Source: Octopus sinensis (Eukaryota). Taken from it: DNA of 64,000 nucleotides. Under the pieces are notes generated by a model that saw only the letters and a program-made list of their open reading frames with translations, was not told the DNA's origin and made no database searches. Shown here piece by piece: positions 1-13,722 of this stretch (its first letter is position 1; every line of letters starts with the position of its first letter). Both the position numbers and the translations under genes were made by a program. The stretch lies in the NCBI RefSeq assembly GCF_006345805.1, contig NC_042999.1, forward strand, positions 127,348,001 through 127,412,000, in the 5' to 3' direction.

Positions 1-77
1 CAGTGGATCTTGAAGCACATAAAGCTATAACTAATAGCATACAAAATATTGGGTTGAAATATATGTCTACAGGTGAT
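1..77 (+). CDS. Candidate coding exon (5' end outside window) of an unidentified host gene; VDLEAHKAITNSIQNIGLKYMSTGD
   Basis: Frame 3 open from nt 3 to a consensus donor GAT|gtaagt at 78; phase 0 matches the next candidate exon; protein-like composition. Confidence 0.55.
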
Positions 78-318
78 GTAAGTTTGAGTCCCATGAACAG
101 TCTTTGACATTTTCAATCCAAGAGGGGTTGTCTGCCCAATATTCATGCATATCTGGTAAGTTCAGTCATGAATTCACTGCAGGGAAAGTTCACCGTACAA
201 ATTTTTTTGACATAATTTTTCAATTTCAATTTTTCTCTCATTTTTTTTTTAATAAAATAGTTTTTAACTATTAATGGTGAGAGACTATGTATATATTTTC
301 TTGGTAAATTTTCCTTAG

Positions 319-371
319 CTTAAGTATTGTGATGATATTGCCAAAATTCATGAGCATCAAGTTCAGTTGAG
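319..371 (+). CDS. Candidate coding exon; LKYCDDIAKIHEHQVQL(R)
   Basis: Acceptor gtaaattttccttag|C at 318/319, open in phase 0, donor AG|gtactc at 372 (phase 2). The frame stays open to 525, so the exon end is uncertain. Confidence 0.5.
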
Positions 372-525
372 GTACTCCAACATAGAAATAGGGTATATAG
401 ATGAAATTTATTGTGTGCCCAAATTGACAAACTCAGTGGCCAATAACTTCAAAAATACAGCCTTCTTCAAGCTAACTACACTGAAGTCAATACCCAGCAG
501 GAGGAATTTTGAAAATGTCATATAA

Positions 526-1157
526 AATTGATTTCAAATTTTGGTACAAGGCCAGTAAGTTCAGGGGAGGGGTTAAGTCAATTACATCAACCCCATCGAC
601 CTCAAAAGGATGAAAGGCAAAGTCTGGGCGGAATTTGAACACAGAACACTAAGATGGTCAAAATGCTTAGCAGTATTTTGCCCAGCATGCTAACAATTCA
701 GCTAGCTTGCTGCCTTAAAATGTCATATAATACTTATTTCGAATTTTGGCACAAGGCCAGCAATTGAGGGGAGGTTGATTATATTGTGCCCAATATTCAA
801 ATGGTACTTAGTTTATCAAGCCTGAAAGCCTGAAAGGCAATGTTGACCTCAGCAGAATTTAAACTCGGAATGTAAAAAAGTGCAAAATACCACTGAGCAA
901 TATGCTAATGATTCTGCCAGCTTGCTGCCTGAACATCATATAATATTCTTTTCTACTCTAGGCACAAGGTTCAAAATTTTGGTGGAGGGGGCTAGTCAAT
1001 TAGATCGGCCCCAGTATACAACTGGTACTTAATTTATCGAAAGGATGAAAGGCAAAGTTGACCTCAGCGGAATTTGAACTCAGGACATAAAGACAGACAA
1101 AATACCATTAAGCATTTCACCCGGTGTGCTAACATTTCTGCCAGCTTGCTGCCTTAA
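526..1157 (-). mobile_element. Three stacked tRNA-type SINEs (family A: AAGGCGGCGAGCTGGCAGAA...)
   Basis: Each copy carries the reverse of gagttcaaattc (B-box-like) and ctttgcctttcatcc...aagtaccag; copies about 526-716, 731-930 and 944-1155. Confidence 0.88.
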
Positions 1158-1707
1158 CGTCATATAATATTGACCTATGAACAGTGCATGTCAATGACAA
1201 TGAATCCAAACTCATTGCAAATAAGAGAGTAAATGATTTAGTTATTTTTGACAGGGTTTGGTAACAAGAATCTGGAATTTACTTCCTTGATATTCATAGC
1301 AGAACTAGAAAAACTTTTTTGATAAATATATTGCTTACCAAAGCCATCAGCATAAAGGCATAGTTATTGCAGTTATTTCTTTAGGACTGCTGACCCCACT
1401 TCTTTTGACATACAGTGCTGGTTGGTTTACATCTCTATAACTTAGCAGTTCAGCAAAAGCAGACCAACAAAATAAGTATCCAATTTAAAAAAATAAGTTC
1501 TGGTGTTAATTTGTTTGACTAAACCCTTCAAGACAGTAGCCCAGTATGGCCATAGTCCAATGAGTGAAACATGTAAAAGATAAAAGATAATGCCACAATA
1601 ACTTCAGGGGGAAAAAAATTCCCGATAATACTGAGATGACACTGCTCAGAATTGCCAAGTCTTTAATGAATACAGATCTAATATTACATAATCTGGAGCT
1701 CATCACA

Positions 1708-2290
1708 ACATCATCATCATTATCATCATCGTTTAATGTCCATTTTCCATGCTGGCATGGGTTGGATGGTTTGATCGAGGACTGGAAAGCCAGTAGGCTG
1801 CACCAGGCTCCATTCTGATCTGGCAAGGTTTCTACAGCTGGATGCCCTTTCAAACACCAACCACTCCGAAAGTGTAGTGGGTGCTTTTTATGTGCCACCA
1901 GCACAGGAGTCTAGTCAGGCAGCACTGGCATTGACTACGTTTGAATGGTACTTTTTATGTGCCACTAGCATGGGAGCCAGTCGGGGATCACTGGCATCAA
2001 CCACATTTGGATGGCGCTTATTACGTACCACTGGCATGGGGAGCCAGTAAAGTGGCACTGGCATCAACTCACACTTAAATGGTGTTTATTATGTGTCACC
2101 AGCATGAGGAGCCAGTCAGGTGGAACTAGTATAAACTCACACTTGAATGGTGCTTATTACAAGCCAGTGGCACAGGGAGCCAGTCAGGTGGCACTGCTAT
2201 TGACTCATGCTTGAATAGTGCTTATTACATGCCATCAATACTGGTGCCAATCAGGTGGCACTGGTATCGGCCACAACTACAATTTCCATT
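1708..2290 (-). mobile_element. RTE 3' UTR/tail fragment, diverged
   Basis: Reverse complement of the 18060-18338 tail ((CAT)n, ttttccatgctggcatgggttgga, ggatgccctt) plus repeated gtggcac/gtgccac modules. Confidence 0.85.
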
Positions 2291-2464
2291 TTGATTTCAA
2301 TTATTTTTATCACTGCATGCATTGTAGTTTCAGTCTTAGAATGTGTGGGGTTACTCTGGACTCTCGCTGGCTTTAAAAAAACTCATCCCTTATTGTACTC
2401 AAGAAGACCCATACTCCACAGCAGAAGTGTTAAGGCTGCTACTCCTGGTGAACAGGATTGGCCC

Positions 2465-2780
2465 GCAAGAGGCCTGTACCAGTGCCACACAAAAAGCACT
2501 TGTACCAGTGTCACTGAAAAGTGCTTGTGCCAGTGTCACATAAAAAGCACTTGTGCCCATGCCATGTACAAGCACTTATGTTGGTACCACGTTAAAAGCA
2601 CCCAACACACTCTGTAAAGTGGTTGGCATTAGAAAGGGCATGCAACCAAAGAATCCAAGCCAAATCAGGCTGGAACCCAGTGCAGCATTTCTACTTGCCT
2701 GCTCTGGTCAAACCATCCAACCTATGCCAACATGGAAAACAGACATTAAAGGATGATGATGATGATGATGATGATGATGG
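2465..2780 (+). mobile_element. RTE 3' tail fragment
   Basis: aaaaagcacc...gtggttggcattagaaagggcat...catggaaaacagacattaaa(GAT)n matches the RTE tail. Confidence 0.85.
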
Positions 2781-3189
2781 TTTACATCCTGACACTCCTA
2801 CTTCTACTCACTTTTCAAAGCATTTTAAGAAAATGAATAAATATAAAAATATTATTTTCAACAGTAGTTTTAAATGTAATAAAACTGTGTTTATTGCTTA
2901 ATTCTAGACTTAATTTTATGTTCTTATTTAGTATATGCTTGAATTAAAGACATGCCTTTTACACAATTAAATTACAATGTGTACCATTCATATTCATATA
3001 CTATTTATACTGAGTGCTTATCTGTAGCACATTGCATTAGACACTAGACTTCTATGCATGTGGTGGAAAACAATTTCATTTTGTACATAAAGGATAACTT
3101 TTTAAGAAAAATCCAATAGCATTCTCAACACCAAATATGCTTTCATTAGATTTTAGATATATCTTTAACTTTTATTCTTTTACTTGTTT

Positions 3190-3378
3190 CAAGGTAGCAT
3201 GCCAGGTGAAATGCTTAGTGGCATTTTGTCTTTATGTTCTGAGTTTAAATACTGCCGAGGTTGATTTATCCTTTCGGGGTTGATAAATTAAGTACCAGTT
3301 GTGTACTTGGGGTCAATCTAATCGACTGGCCTCCTTCCCCCAAAAATTTTGTGCCTTGTGCCTAGAGTAGAAAAGGAT
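3190..3378 (+). mobile_element. SINE family A (further copies about 4833-5050+, 7118-7335-, 11172-11335+, 11345-11535+, 11640-11800+, 20330-20540-, 25258-25475+, 29357-29545+, 31040-31250+, 40975-41150+, 54455-54630+, 55810-55980+, 55990-56205+)
   Basis: Shared core gttctgagttcaaat..gccgaggtcgactttgcctttcatcctttc.gggtcgataaattaagtaccagt. Confidence 0.85.
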
Positions 3379-4094
3379 CTTTTACTTGTATCAGTCATTG
3401 GACTGCAACCATGCTGAAGTACCTTTTGAAGGGTTTAATTGAGCAAATAGACTCCAGTACCCCTTTTTTTGTAAGACTAGTACTTATTCTATCATTTTTT
3501 TTTTGTTTTTTTGCTGAACCACTTAGTAACAGGTACATAAACAAACCAACTCCAATTGTCAAGCTGTGGTGGGACATGCACACACACATACACACAAACA
3601 CACACACACACACACACACATACACACATAAATGTACGTGTGTGTGTGTGTGTGCGTGCATGTATGTGTGTGTATAAAGGTGGTGCTCTAGCATGGCTTG
3701 ATCAGGACTAATGACGTTAATGATACATTTGTTATTCAAATATAAAGTCAAAACCCATAGAATGTCAGCTGGAGCATAGAGAAAAATGTTTGCCTATTAT
3801 GAAATGTATTTATTTTTATATTGCTTTTCTTTCCGTTGCTATCTGTAATTATGTTGGCAAATACAAAGAAATCTAATCTATTTGTCATTAAGAGCTATTT
3901 ACAAATAACAAACAAGATTGGCAATAATAATACAATTGATTAATATTGAACTTTAACCTATTTGAGTTTAGTCTGATGTCTCTGTGGTTTCAAAGAACTT
4001 ACTCTGGTACTTTGTATTTTTGTACAACATGATTACAAGAGAATTTTTACAGCTGATAGGAAATGTCTTTAAAAATAGATTTTTATATTTTAAG

Positions 4095-4118
4095 GAGAAT
4101 ATTAAAGGTGTTGCCCAG
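4095..4118 (+). CDS. Candidate 24-nt micro-exon; (R)RILKVLP(R) in phase 2-2. Alternative acceptors at 3972 or 4053 give a phase 0 reading ending ...ENIKGVAQ
   Basis: T-rich acceptor gatttttatattttaag|G and donor CAG|gtaatt; phase 2-2 bridges exons 319-371 and 21765-21799. Confidence 0.4.
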
Positions 4119-4227
4119 GTAATTTGGTCAACTCTTTAGCAGATTACCTTCTAATATGGAATGTTTATTTATTCACATTATTTTGAATCAATCATGCATT
4201 TTCTTGTAGCTTAGAGATTTCAATGAC

Positions 4228-4430
4228 GTCATCATCTTCACCCTTTGATGCCCCATTTTCCATGCTGGCATGGGTTGGACGGTTTGACCAGAGCTGCATC
4301 AGGTTCCAGTCTGATTTGGTTTGGTTTCTACAGCTAGATACCCTTCCTAATGCCAACCACTTTACAGTGTGTACTAGGTGCTTTTAACATGCCATCTGCA
4401 TGTGCACTTTTATGCGGTACTGGCATGATG
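4228..4430 (-). mobile_element. RTE 3' tail fragment nested in a MITE
   Basis: ccattttccatgctggcatgggttggacggtttg...; interrupts a TTAACCCTTT-type MITE (about 4130-4552). Confidence 0.75.
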
Positions 4431-5519
4431 TGATTGTATATTTTTAGAATGACCTTATAGGGTAGGTGTGAGAAGCTGAATTTGAACAGTTTCAACATAA
4501 AACCTGTAGAATATTTGGGCCGAATGTGGCCAGTTCAGATACTAAAGGGTTATGTTGAAATTCTTTAGTTTTACTTCATAGCAGATAGAGACAAAACAAT
4601 TAGAAGCTAGCGTGTCATGTGAAAGCTAATCTGAGATTTAAGGAGAAAATATATTAATATTGCTATTGAAGAGACAATTAACACAAAATTAATAAAATTA
4701 TCTATCTTTTGAAACAGTGCATAACAGATAAGTTGAACACACTTGAAACACATTCCTTACAGTGTGAAAGGGTCAAGTATCAATAATTCATAGATATAAA
4801 TTGTGTTTCCTGATAATATTAGCAGTTGGTGAAGGCAGCAATCTGGCAGAATCATTAGCACAATAAACAAAATGCTTTGCAAAATTTCATGTCTTTACAT
4901 TCTGAGTTCAGGTTCCACCGAGGATGATTTAGCCTTTCATCCTTTTGGGATCAATAAATTAAGTACCAGTTGCACACTGGGGATCGATATAATCGACTTA
5001 GCTCCTCCCCAAAATTGATGGCCATCTGCAAAAATTTGAAATCAATACTTATAGTAGGTTTGTTATGAGCCCTGAGATTCATAAAGCTGCAGTTTTACCT
5101 GATTTCTATAACATATAAGTAACTGCAATTACAGCACTCCCTTCTGCATGGAACACTGGTCTGTCATAGGGTTAACTTGTCAGCTACTGCTGAAACTCAG
5201 TTACATATACATGGACAGGGGCAATGTGAAATGAAGCATTTTGCTCAAGAATGCAATGTATCACTAGTCCAAGAATTGAAACTGCAATCTTATAATTGTG
5301 AGTGCAACACCCTAACCACTAGGCCATGCACCTTCATTTCCTGATAATAACCACATGGTATTTACGTAACACACTTTTTTTCAATAAGTTAATCCTCATT
5401 CTCCTCCCAACCCATTTCCTAAAAATTAAAACATGTGCCTATATGTGGTGCCCCAGCATGGCCGCGGCCTTCAAGCTAAAACATTTTTAAGGATTTAAGG
5501 ATATTGATGTAGTAGTATA

Positions 5520-5825
5520 CATAGTGGTGAGGGTATTTGGCACATGATCATAGGGTTGTGAGTTTGAAAACCAGTGGCACATTGTGTCCTTGAGCAAGAC
5601 ACTTTATTTCACATTGCTCCAGTCCACTAGCTGGTGAAAATGAGTTGTACCTGAATTTCAAATGGCCAGCATTGTCACACTCTGTGTCACGCTGAATCTC
5701 TCTAAGAACTACATTAAGGGTGTGCATATCTGCGGAGTGCTCAGCCACATGCACATTAATTTCATGAGCAAGCTGTTTTGTTGATCGGATCAACTGGAAT
5801 CCTTGTTGTTGTAATCGGTGGTGTG
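5520..5825 (+). mobile_element. tRNA-derived CORE-type SINE family B (also 6490-6745+, 8575-8830-, 38160-38445+)
   Basis: A-box-like tggcttagtggtt, B-box-like ggttcgattccc, CORE-like tgtgtccttgagcaagacactt. Confidence 0.8.
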
Positions 5826-6055
5826 CCAGTATACATATTATCTCAACAACATTGTTTCATTATATTTGAACAAGGTATATTTCTTCTCATTTGAGTGTAA
5901 CCACAGCTATGATGTTCTGTACTCCATGGTATAAAACTTATCACAGCTATGATAAGTTACCCTGCTTATAGTCAATTACTTTGGTAACTGAAACTACAAT
6001 TGTATTCATTATGTCTATATGCTGTAATGATTTTTCTTTTTATCAGTTTGGTCTG

Positions 6056-6450
6056 GAGCATTGATTCTCAACAAGGGCCCCTGGTGACTCCTGGGAGTCC
6101 TTATAAGATTTCTGGGGATTCAAACAAGCAAAATAGTAAATTGGGCCTCCACAGTAGTATTTTAAGGGTCCCTGAAAAAAAGGTTTGCTTTAGATGTATT
6201 TATTGCCACAAACACCTAGGTATTTTTCTGTAATGTTTTACATGGTTTAACATGTTTCTAACCACTGAAACAGGTTCTCTCATGGTGTTCTATGACAAAC
6301 CTACATAAGCGAATGTGTGAAAAACAAAATAGGTGTTTTGAAAGAAGAATCTATAAAACTAGTTTTTAAATATCAAATAATTATGGGGACTCACCAGAAT
6401 AAAATTGTAATCAAAGGGGTCCATAGATAAAAAATGGTTGAGAACTACTG
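6056..6450. mobile_element. hAT/Charlie-like MITE (related copy 51971-52227)
   Basis: Termini (c)attgattctcaac...gttgagaactactg; the copy at 51971 has cagtgattctcaac...gttgagaaaaactg and shares internal aaggggtccata. Confidence 0.6.
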
Positions 6451-6744
6451 GTTTAAAGGAACAGATTTTGCTCATAGCCTTTGCATGTGGAGATGCATGG
6501 CTTAGTGGTTACGGTATTGGACTCATGATCAGAAGATTGTGGTTTCAATTCCTGAACCAGGTGATGCATTGTGTTCTTGGGAAAAACACTTCATTTCATG
6601 TTGTTCCAGTCCACTCACCTAGCAAAAATGAGTAACCCTGTGATGGACTGGTGTCCCATCCAGGTGAGGAATATATATGCCATGAAACTGGTAAACTGGC
6701 CCTTATGAGTCAGCATAACTTGAGAAGGTAACTTTACCCTTGCC

Positions 6745-7030
6745 TTTTATAGCCTTTGCAGGCCTACTTGGACTGTTATGATCAATGTCGTGTATGTTCC
6801 TTGACTACTACAAGAAAACATTAAGCAGGAAGAAATTTCTGGAGGATTACGTGACATTATGGAGAAGAAAGACGGAATGTAAAAGTTATTGTAGGTCTTG
6901 GGTAAATGGGCACAATATGAGTGATAGGGGAAAGAGTGATGAATGAGCCAGGTGGTTCTCAGGCGTAGAAGGTGAGGTGACATAAAACCAGCCAGCTCAA
7001 AAGAGCAAAGGCCACTGTAATAGTAGCAAA
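6745..7030 (-). mobile_element. L2/Crack-like LINE 3' relic (related copies about 12060-12460 and 52840-53060, both minus)
   Basis: YYSGLCSFELAGFMSP...Y.PSFFS resembles the LFYRY..G.CS.EL...SFF.RT C-terminus; shared motif ccagccagctc...gaggccattatagtag. Confidence 0.55.
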
Positions 7031-7529
7031 AAAAGGCAAAGAAAGGAGACAGAACGTCTATGGGACAAAGTGGGCGAATGTTGGTGAATACTACGATTTA
7101 TGGTGTGTATTATTATTCTTTCTACTATAGGCAACAAGGCCTGAAATTTTGTGGGATAAGGGTCAGTCAATTACTTTACCTCAGTGCCCAACTGATATTT
7201 ATTTTATCAATCTCAAAAGGATGTAAAGCAAAGTAGATTTCAATGGAATTTGAACTCTGAAAGTAAAACCAGAAGACATTGCTACTAAGCATTTTGTCTG
7301 ACTTGCTAATGATTCAGCCAGCTCTCTGCTTTTGTGGCTAGTATTATAATACCATGACTAGTGTAATGATAGCATAGCAGTACCTAAGCTGTAACCAACA
7401 TCATCATTACAAAAGTAAGGTCGTTTTCACCTCAATTATGGTCATTTTGTGGTCACTGCAATGACCAGTGTCAACAAAAATTTGACAAGAAACAAATAAA
7501 CTATTAAAAAAAACACAGCTTAGTGCAAC

Positions 7530-7754
7530 AAAAGAGAGAAAGAAAGAAAGAAAGAAAGGAAGAAAGAAAGTGAGAGAGAGAAAGAAAGAGAGAGAAAGAA
7601 AGAAAGTGAGAGAGAGAAAGAAAGAGAGAGAGAGAGAGAGAAAGAAAGAAAGAGAGAAAGAAAGAGAGAAAGCGAGAGAGAGAGAGAGAGAGTGAGAGAG
7701 AAAGAAATGAAGAAAGAAAGAAAGAAAGAAAGAAAAAAGAAAATGAGAGAGAGA

Positions 7755-7794
<40 letters not shown>

Positions 7795-7815
7795 AAAAAG
7801 AAAGAAAGAAAGAAG
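7530..7815. repeat. (GAAA)n/(GA)n polypurine tract
   Basis: Direct inspection. Confidence 0.95.
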
Positions 7816-9894
7816 GTACTAACTACTAGTATGTGTTATTCCTTCTTGCCAGCCTAGGTTGTTTTATTTTTGCAAAAATATCACAAGTGAGTACCAAGTC
7901 AACAACTACAATAACAACCACAACAACAATAGCAAAAACTTCAACAATATCAACAAAAAGTTATATTGTTATACTTTTGTCGTCCTTATTTATTTGAGCA
8001 ATTCATATAAATATATAAACTGGGTGAATCACCCAAGCAAAGATGAGCATGAAAAGAACTGATGTAAAAAGGTATTTAAAAAAGTTAGTTGTTAATTGCT
8101 TTATATAATTTGAAATTTACTTGATTCTTTTCTTCTTTATTTTTGTTTATTTTTTGGAAGCAAATACAATTAAGAACACACACGCACACACACGCATACA
8201 GATATGTGCATACAAAAACATGAACACACACATACACGTATATACAAACATATGCATACAAATACATACACACATACACATATACAGATGTATGCATGTG
8301 AATACATGCCCACAAAACTTTAATATACAATGTACTGGAGTTAAAAATAGAAGCATTTAAGAATATAATAAACTATTATATATTCAATGATATCAGACAT
8401 ATATCCAATGATAAGCTTTGAACCTAGCCAAGCAACACACTTTTCTTTTTCTCTGATAACCTAAAAAAAAATGTTTCATTCAAATTTTATACTTTTTCTT
8501 AGCTACCCACTAAATCAACCCCATTACCAAATTTCTGGTATTTTTTCTGTTGGAGTCTTTTGAGACGCATCAAGAAAAGGTGAGGTTACCTTCTCAAGTC
8601 TTCTAACTCACAAGGGCCAGTTTCCTGGTTTCATAGCATATAAATTCCCCAGCTGGATGGGATACCAGTCCATCGCAGGATTACTAAATTTTTCCAGCTT
8701 AGTGGATTGGAGCAACATGAAATAATGTGTTTTGCTCAAGAACACAAAGCATTGCCTGATCCAAGAATCGAAACCACAATCTTACAGTCATAAGTCCAAT
8801 ACCCAAACCATTAAGCCACATGCCTCCACTTTTGAGACTCATAGAACTGTTAAGATACAAGAATGTGAACAAACTAACTACAGTTATTAAGCAGTGGTAT
8901 GAGACAAACACATACTCAAAGACACACACACATATTCACATATTGGGGGTGTGTGTTTGTGTGTGCATGTATGTGTGTGCGTACGTGAGGAATTTCTTTC
9001 AGTTTCCATCAACAAAATACACTCACAAGGCTGTAGATAGTCTGGCGTTATAGCAGAAGACACTTTCCTAAGGTGCCATGGCTGTGAAATTTCTTCAAAC
9101 AATAGTTTCCAGCTCAAAATGCCAAAATTTGCCTTCCTTGAAATACTGCATGAAACTGAAATTTTCAATACTGTTGCTCCATTTACCCAGTAGCAATAAA
9201 GTGTTACCATTTTGGAATCTAGTTGGTTTGGTTGCCAGCATTTCAAAAATTTAAGTTTATCAAAAATTTTAAAATTTGGCCCAGTAATATACTTTTCTAA
9301 GCTGAATTGCTGGAGTTATTTCACTTTTTCCAGAAAAATGTTTTTTTAAAAGTTATAGGGGTTTAAAGTTCGATCATTTTCCCCCAGTCAGGAAACAGGA
9401 TTTGGAAGCTGTCATTTTGTGCATGACTGCACATTTTGTGGTCAGCATTCTGAAAATAGCACATGCTGTCAATATTTGTAAGCAACATGAGTTTTGTGGT
9501 TTGAAGCATTCAATATGCATTTAATGCGATAGCACCAACTTAAAAGATTTATCCAAAAAACGTTATTTAGTTGTTATTTTTAGCACACCTCTGAACCACC
9601 TCAATGACAAAAATAGTAAACAAGTAGTTTTAAGCATTCAATATGCATTTAATGCAAATGTGATGAACAACACGTTACAAATTAAATATTTTTAAAAAAC
9701 AAACATTTTCATAATCAATTGTCAACCGATAGATAAAACAAGTGGTTTCAATATATTTGTTAACTTGTGCTTTCTTGCAGACAAAAGAGTTCTCATGTTC
9801 CACTTGTTACTATGGAAATAGGCATGAATGTGTCCATGGCTTACGACTGGTTAAAATTACCAAAATTTTCAAACTTTAATTGCTAATAAAGCAC

Positions 9895-10195
9895 CATCCG
9901 AACATGGCCGATGCCAGCCCCACCTTGACTGGCTTCCGTGCCGGTGGCACGTAAAAAGCACCAATCTGATCATGGCCGTTGCCAGCCTCACCTGGCTCCT
10001 GTGCCAGTGGCACGTAAAAAGCACCCACTACACTTACGGAGTGGTTGCCGTTAGGAAGGGCATCCAGCTGTAGAAAATCTGCCAGATCAGATTTGGAGCC
10101 TGGTGCAGCCTTCCGGCTTCCCAGACCCCAGTCGAACCATCCAACCCATGCTAGAATGGAAAACGGACGTTAAACGATGATGTTGATGATGATTC
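9895..10195 (+). mobile_element. RTE 3' tail fragment, young
   Basis: Near identity to 18050-18338, CpGs retained. Confidence 0.9.
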
Positions 10196-13100
10196 ATTGT
10201 GAAAATGATTTTCTCGTCATTCATTAGCCAATAAAATTGTATCAAAGTGTATGAAATCAATTCAAACAGAAATGATGCTGGCAGCCAAAAACGACCAGAT
10301 CCCCATTATGATATGTAATTGGTACCCTATGGTACTGTTTCAGCATGGCCTGAACTACAATAATTTAACTCAATGATTTAAATAACTAAAACATTTAAAA
10401 GTAAACCAGCATAATTTCAATATTGCTGCTGGGTTGTGTCATATACTGATGCCTAGTGTCTTAGAATGAAATGTTTAATTCTATATGCTCTCTGCCAAAC
10501 AATCTGCCCAGGATGATGCTGTAGAGTTGCTTGTTTGTTTTAAATAGACAGATGGAAGGCTTAATATAGCACTCAAGAATAAAATTGCACTATTTCAATT
10601 TAGCATCACAACACCACCAAAAAAAAATGAGAAAAGGAAAACAAAACAAAACTCATGCTAATTTTATTCAGGATGGAACTGATAATAGGTTAATTGTCCA
10701 ATATTCTCTGATCATTTATAATGAAGTCTTTGTCACTACCAACCCTAAATAATAACTATTTTCTTACACATTACCAAAGCAACATAACTGATAAACTCTA
10801 ACCTTGTCTGTTTTGTTAGACAATAGTTCTGTAATGAGTTAGATTTTGATTAAAAGTAATGAGATGTATTTAACAGCAAATGTACAATTAAAGGATGGCA
10901 CTTTATTAATTAGATTTATTAATTAGTGGCATGATGGTTGACATGATGCTCCTTGAATTAAATTTGCAGCTGTTATAACAAGGATCTAGATACGTAAATT
11001 AAAATAAATGACAATAAGGCAATGTGATCTTGGTTTCAATACAGAAAAACATGACTCTTTCCTTATATCAGCTGTTTTATGTTTTGTCTTTTTACCTTTA
11101 CTCTTTTTCAAATCAATTACATTTTCCTAAATTTTTTTTTTATTTTCATTCTTCATTATTGTCTGAAGATCATCAGTCTTTATGCTCTGAGTTCAAATTC
11201 TGCCGAGGTCGACTTTGCCTTTCATCCTTTCAGGGTCAATAAATTAAGTACCAGTTGCGTACTGGGGTCAATTTAATTGACTGGCCCACTCTCCAAAAAT
11301 TTCAGGCCTTGTGCCTAGAGTAGAAAAGAATATTTCTTCTGGCTCATTACATTCTGAGTTCAAATTCCATCAAGGTCAACTTTCTTCCCCTCAGGGTTGA
11401 TAAAATAAAGTCTGATAAAATACAAGGATTGATGTAATAATAAAATAATAAAGACTAATAAAATACAAGGATTGGTGTAATTAACTTGTTCCCTCCTTTC
11501 AAATTTTGCAGGCCTTGTACCAAAATTATAAAGAATTATTGTCTGATGTAGCAAAATTAAGGTTCTTAGCAGATAGTGAGCCTTTAGGCTTAAAAAGATG
11601 AAAAAGGATTTGGTTAGGTTAAGTTTTAGGATAACAACAGTAGCTTGGCTGAAATGTTAGTGTTGCAATATTTGGTTACAACCCTTTACATTTTGAGGTC
11701 AATTCTATTGAGATTAGCTTTCCTTGCATCCCTTCCAGATCAATAAAATAAGTACCAGTCAAATACTGGGGTTGATATAATCAACTGCCCCTTCCCTCCA
11801 ATAAAAATATATCTCTGATTACAAAACAGTTTAGAAATTGACTTTATTTAGCCTAGAAGCAGGGACATTGAGTTTTGCAATGTAGAATTATATTGTTTTG
11901 AGGCCCTGACAGTGAGGGATCCACTCGTAATTCAAAGAGACTGTGAGGTAGCTTTTTCTCTCTCATTTTTGTTGATTGCTTTGTTTTTTTTCAAGGAGGT
12001 CACTGTCAAATATTCACATGCCCCTCATTGGCTCACCAGGCTCTAGATCAATGTACTAGCTGAAACTCTCTCTTACAGGCCCTGCTTAGCTAATATATAA
12101 CAGCAAAACAATAATTCTTAGGAAGAGAAATGTAGGATATTTTTACATGCTATGTCTGGGGGAAGGAGTGTTGTCCATTAATTTTGTAGGCCCTCCAAGA
12201 CCAGTGAGCTAGATGTTCTTAACATACCATTTAAAAGTGCTGCAGGAAAGATGTATATGTAGGGAGAAGACTCCAGGAAGCTGGTGTTTTGAGGAGAGAG
12301 ACTGAGCATAATGGTTAGTGAGGGGTTAGATGGTGGGGGCAGGTTGGATATACCAAGAGTGATGAGAGGTGGAAAGACAAGTGAGTTGTAGGTGTCTGAA
12401 CCTTAGGGGTGTGAGACCAGCCAGCTCTAAGGAAGAGAGGCCATTATAGTAGTGAGAGGATACAGTACATCTAAGGGCCTGAGGCTAGAGCATGTACTTT
12501 AGTGATTTTGTCCATAGATTTTGTGGCAAAGAAATATTGGTTTCAGCTTAGTCAGAACATGTGTTTAGCTTAGTTATTAACCTTTACAATGATGCATAAT
12601 ATGTTATGTCAGATGGTATTGGTGGAAGGTAGAGCACTTATTTTGCGTAGGATTTGAGTAAAACCAAGCAGATTTTATAGCAATAGTAAAAGAAACTGCA
12701 CAGTAATACTAAGTATATGTTGGAGTTGTCTTACCAATCATCTTGAATAGCTTCTTCATCATATGGTTGATATTACTAGAAGAGAGTGAGAAGGATGACT
12801 AAGATAGATGGAATATTCCATATGGGGCACATATGAGTTGATATGAAGACAAGCTATCACCAAATATGCTTCATGAAAGCAATAAACTCCTCTAATGATT
12901 TCATCTTCACTAGTTATTTTATATTCTGTCCCAGCATGTTCCTAATATTCAATTTCATTTATTTATCTATTGGAGTGTTTAAAAAAAAAAAAAAGAGAAG
13001 AAAAACAAAAGCTCACACTGTGTTAGAAATTTCATACACTACATCTTTGAGTTCTAGGTGGCATAGAGTTTGAGAATTATAATAAGTTGTATGTAGGAAT

Positions 13101-13269
13101 TTTATTATGTTTTTTTTTTCCAGTTACTCAAGGGATACAGCTGACACATAAGATAAAAACAGCACCAAATTAATTTTCCTTCTAATAATGTGTTCTATGT
13201 AAAAATGGAGAAGTGAATTCTATAGTGTTAACAGTTTGACTCAGCTCCATACAACTCACTTGTGTGTAT

Positions 13270-13722
<453 letters not shown>

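Noticed and set aside
75-180. Minus-strand frame PDMHEYWADNPSWIENVKDCSWDSNLHHL and a second gtaagt donor at 156
   Set aside because: No consistent splice chain on the minus strand; extending exon 1 to 155 hits a stop at 105-107.
5520-5600. tRNA-like A/B boxes at SINE heads (also 6490, 38160)
   Set aside because: No complete cloverleaf; these are SINE promoters, not tRNA genes.
8503-8579. Apparent exon LPTKSTPLPNFWYFFCWSLLRRIKK with AAG|gtgagg donor
   Set aside because: The donor lies in the reverse-complemented 3' end of a family B SINE and the peptide is not convincing.
9100-9890. Possible DNA-transposon relic with a duplicated 25-bp motif (aagcattcaatatgcatttaatgc at about 9504 and 9632)
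   Set aside because: No TIRs or transposase motifs could be established.
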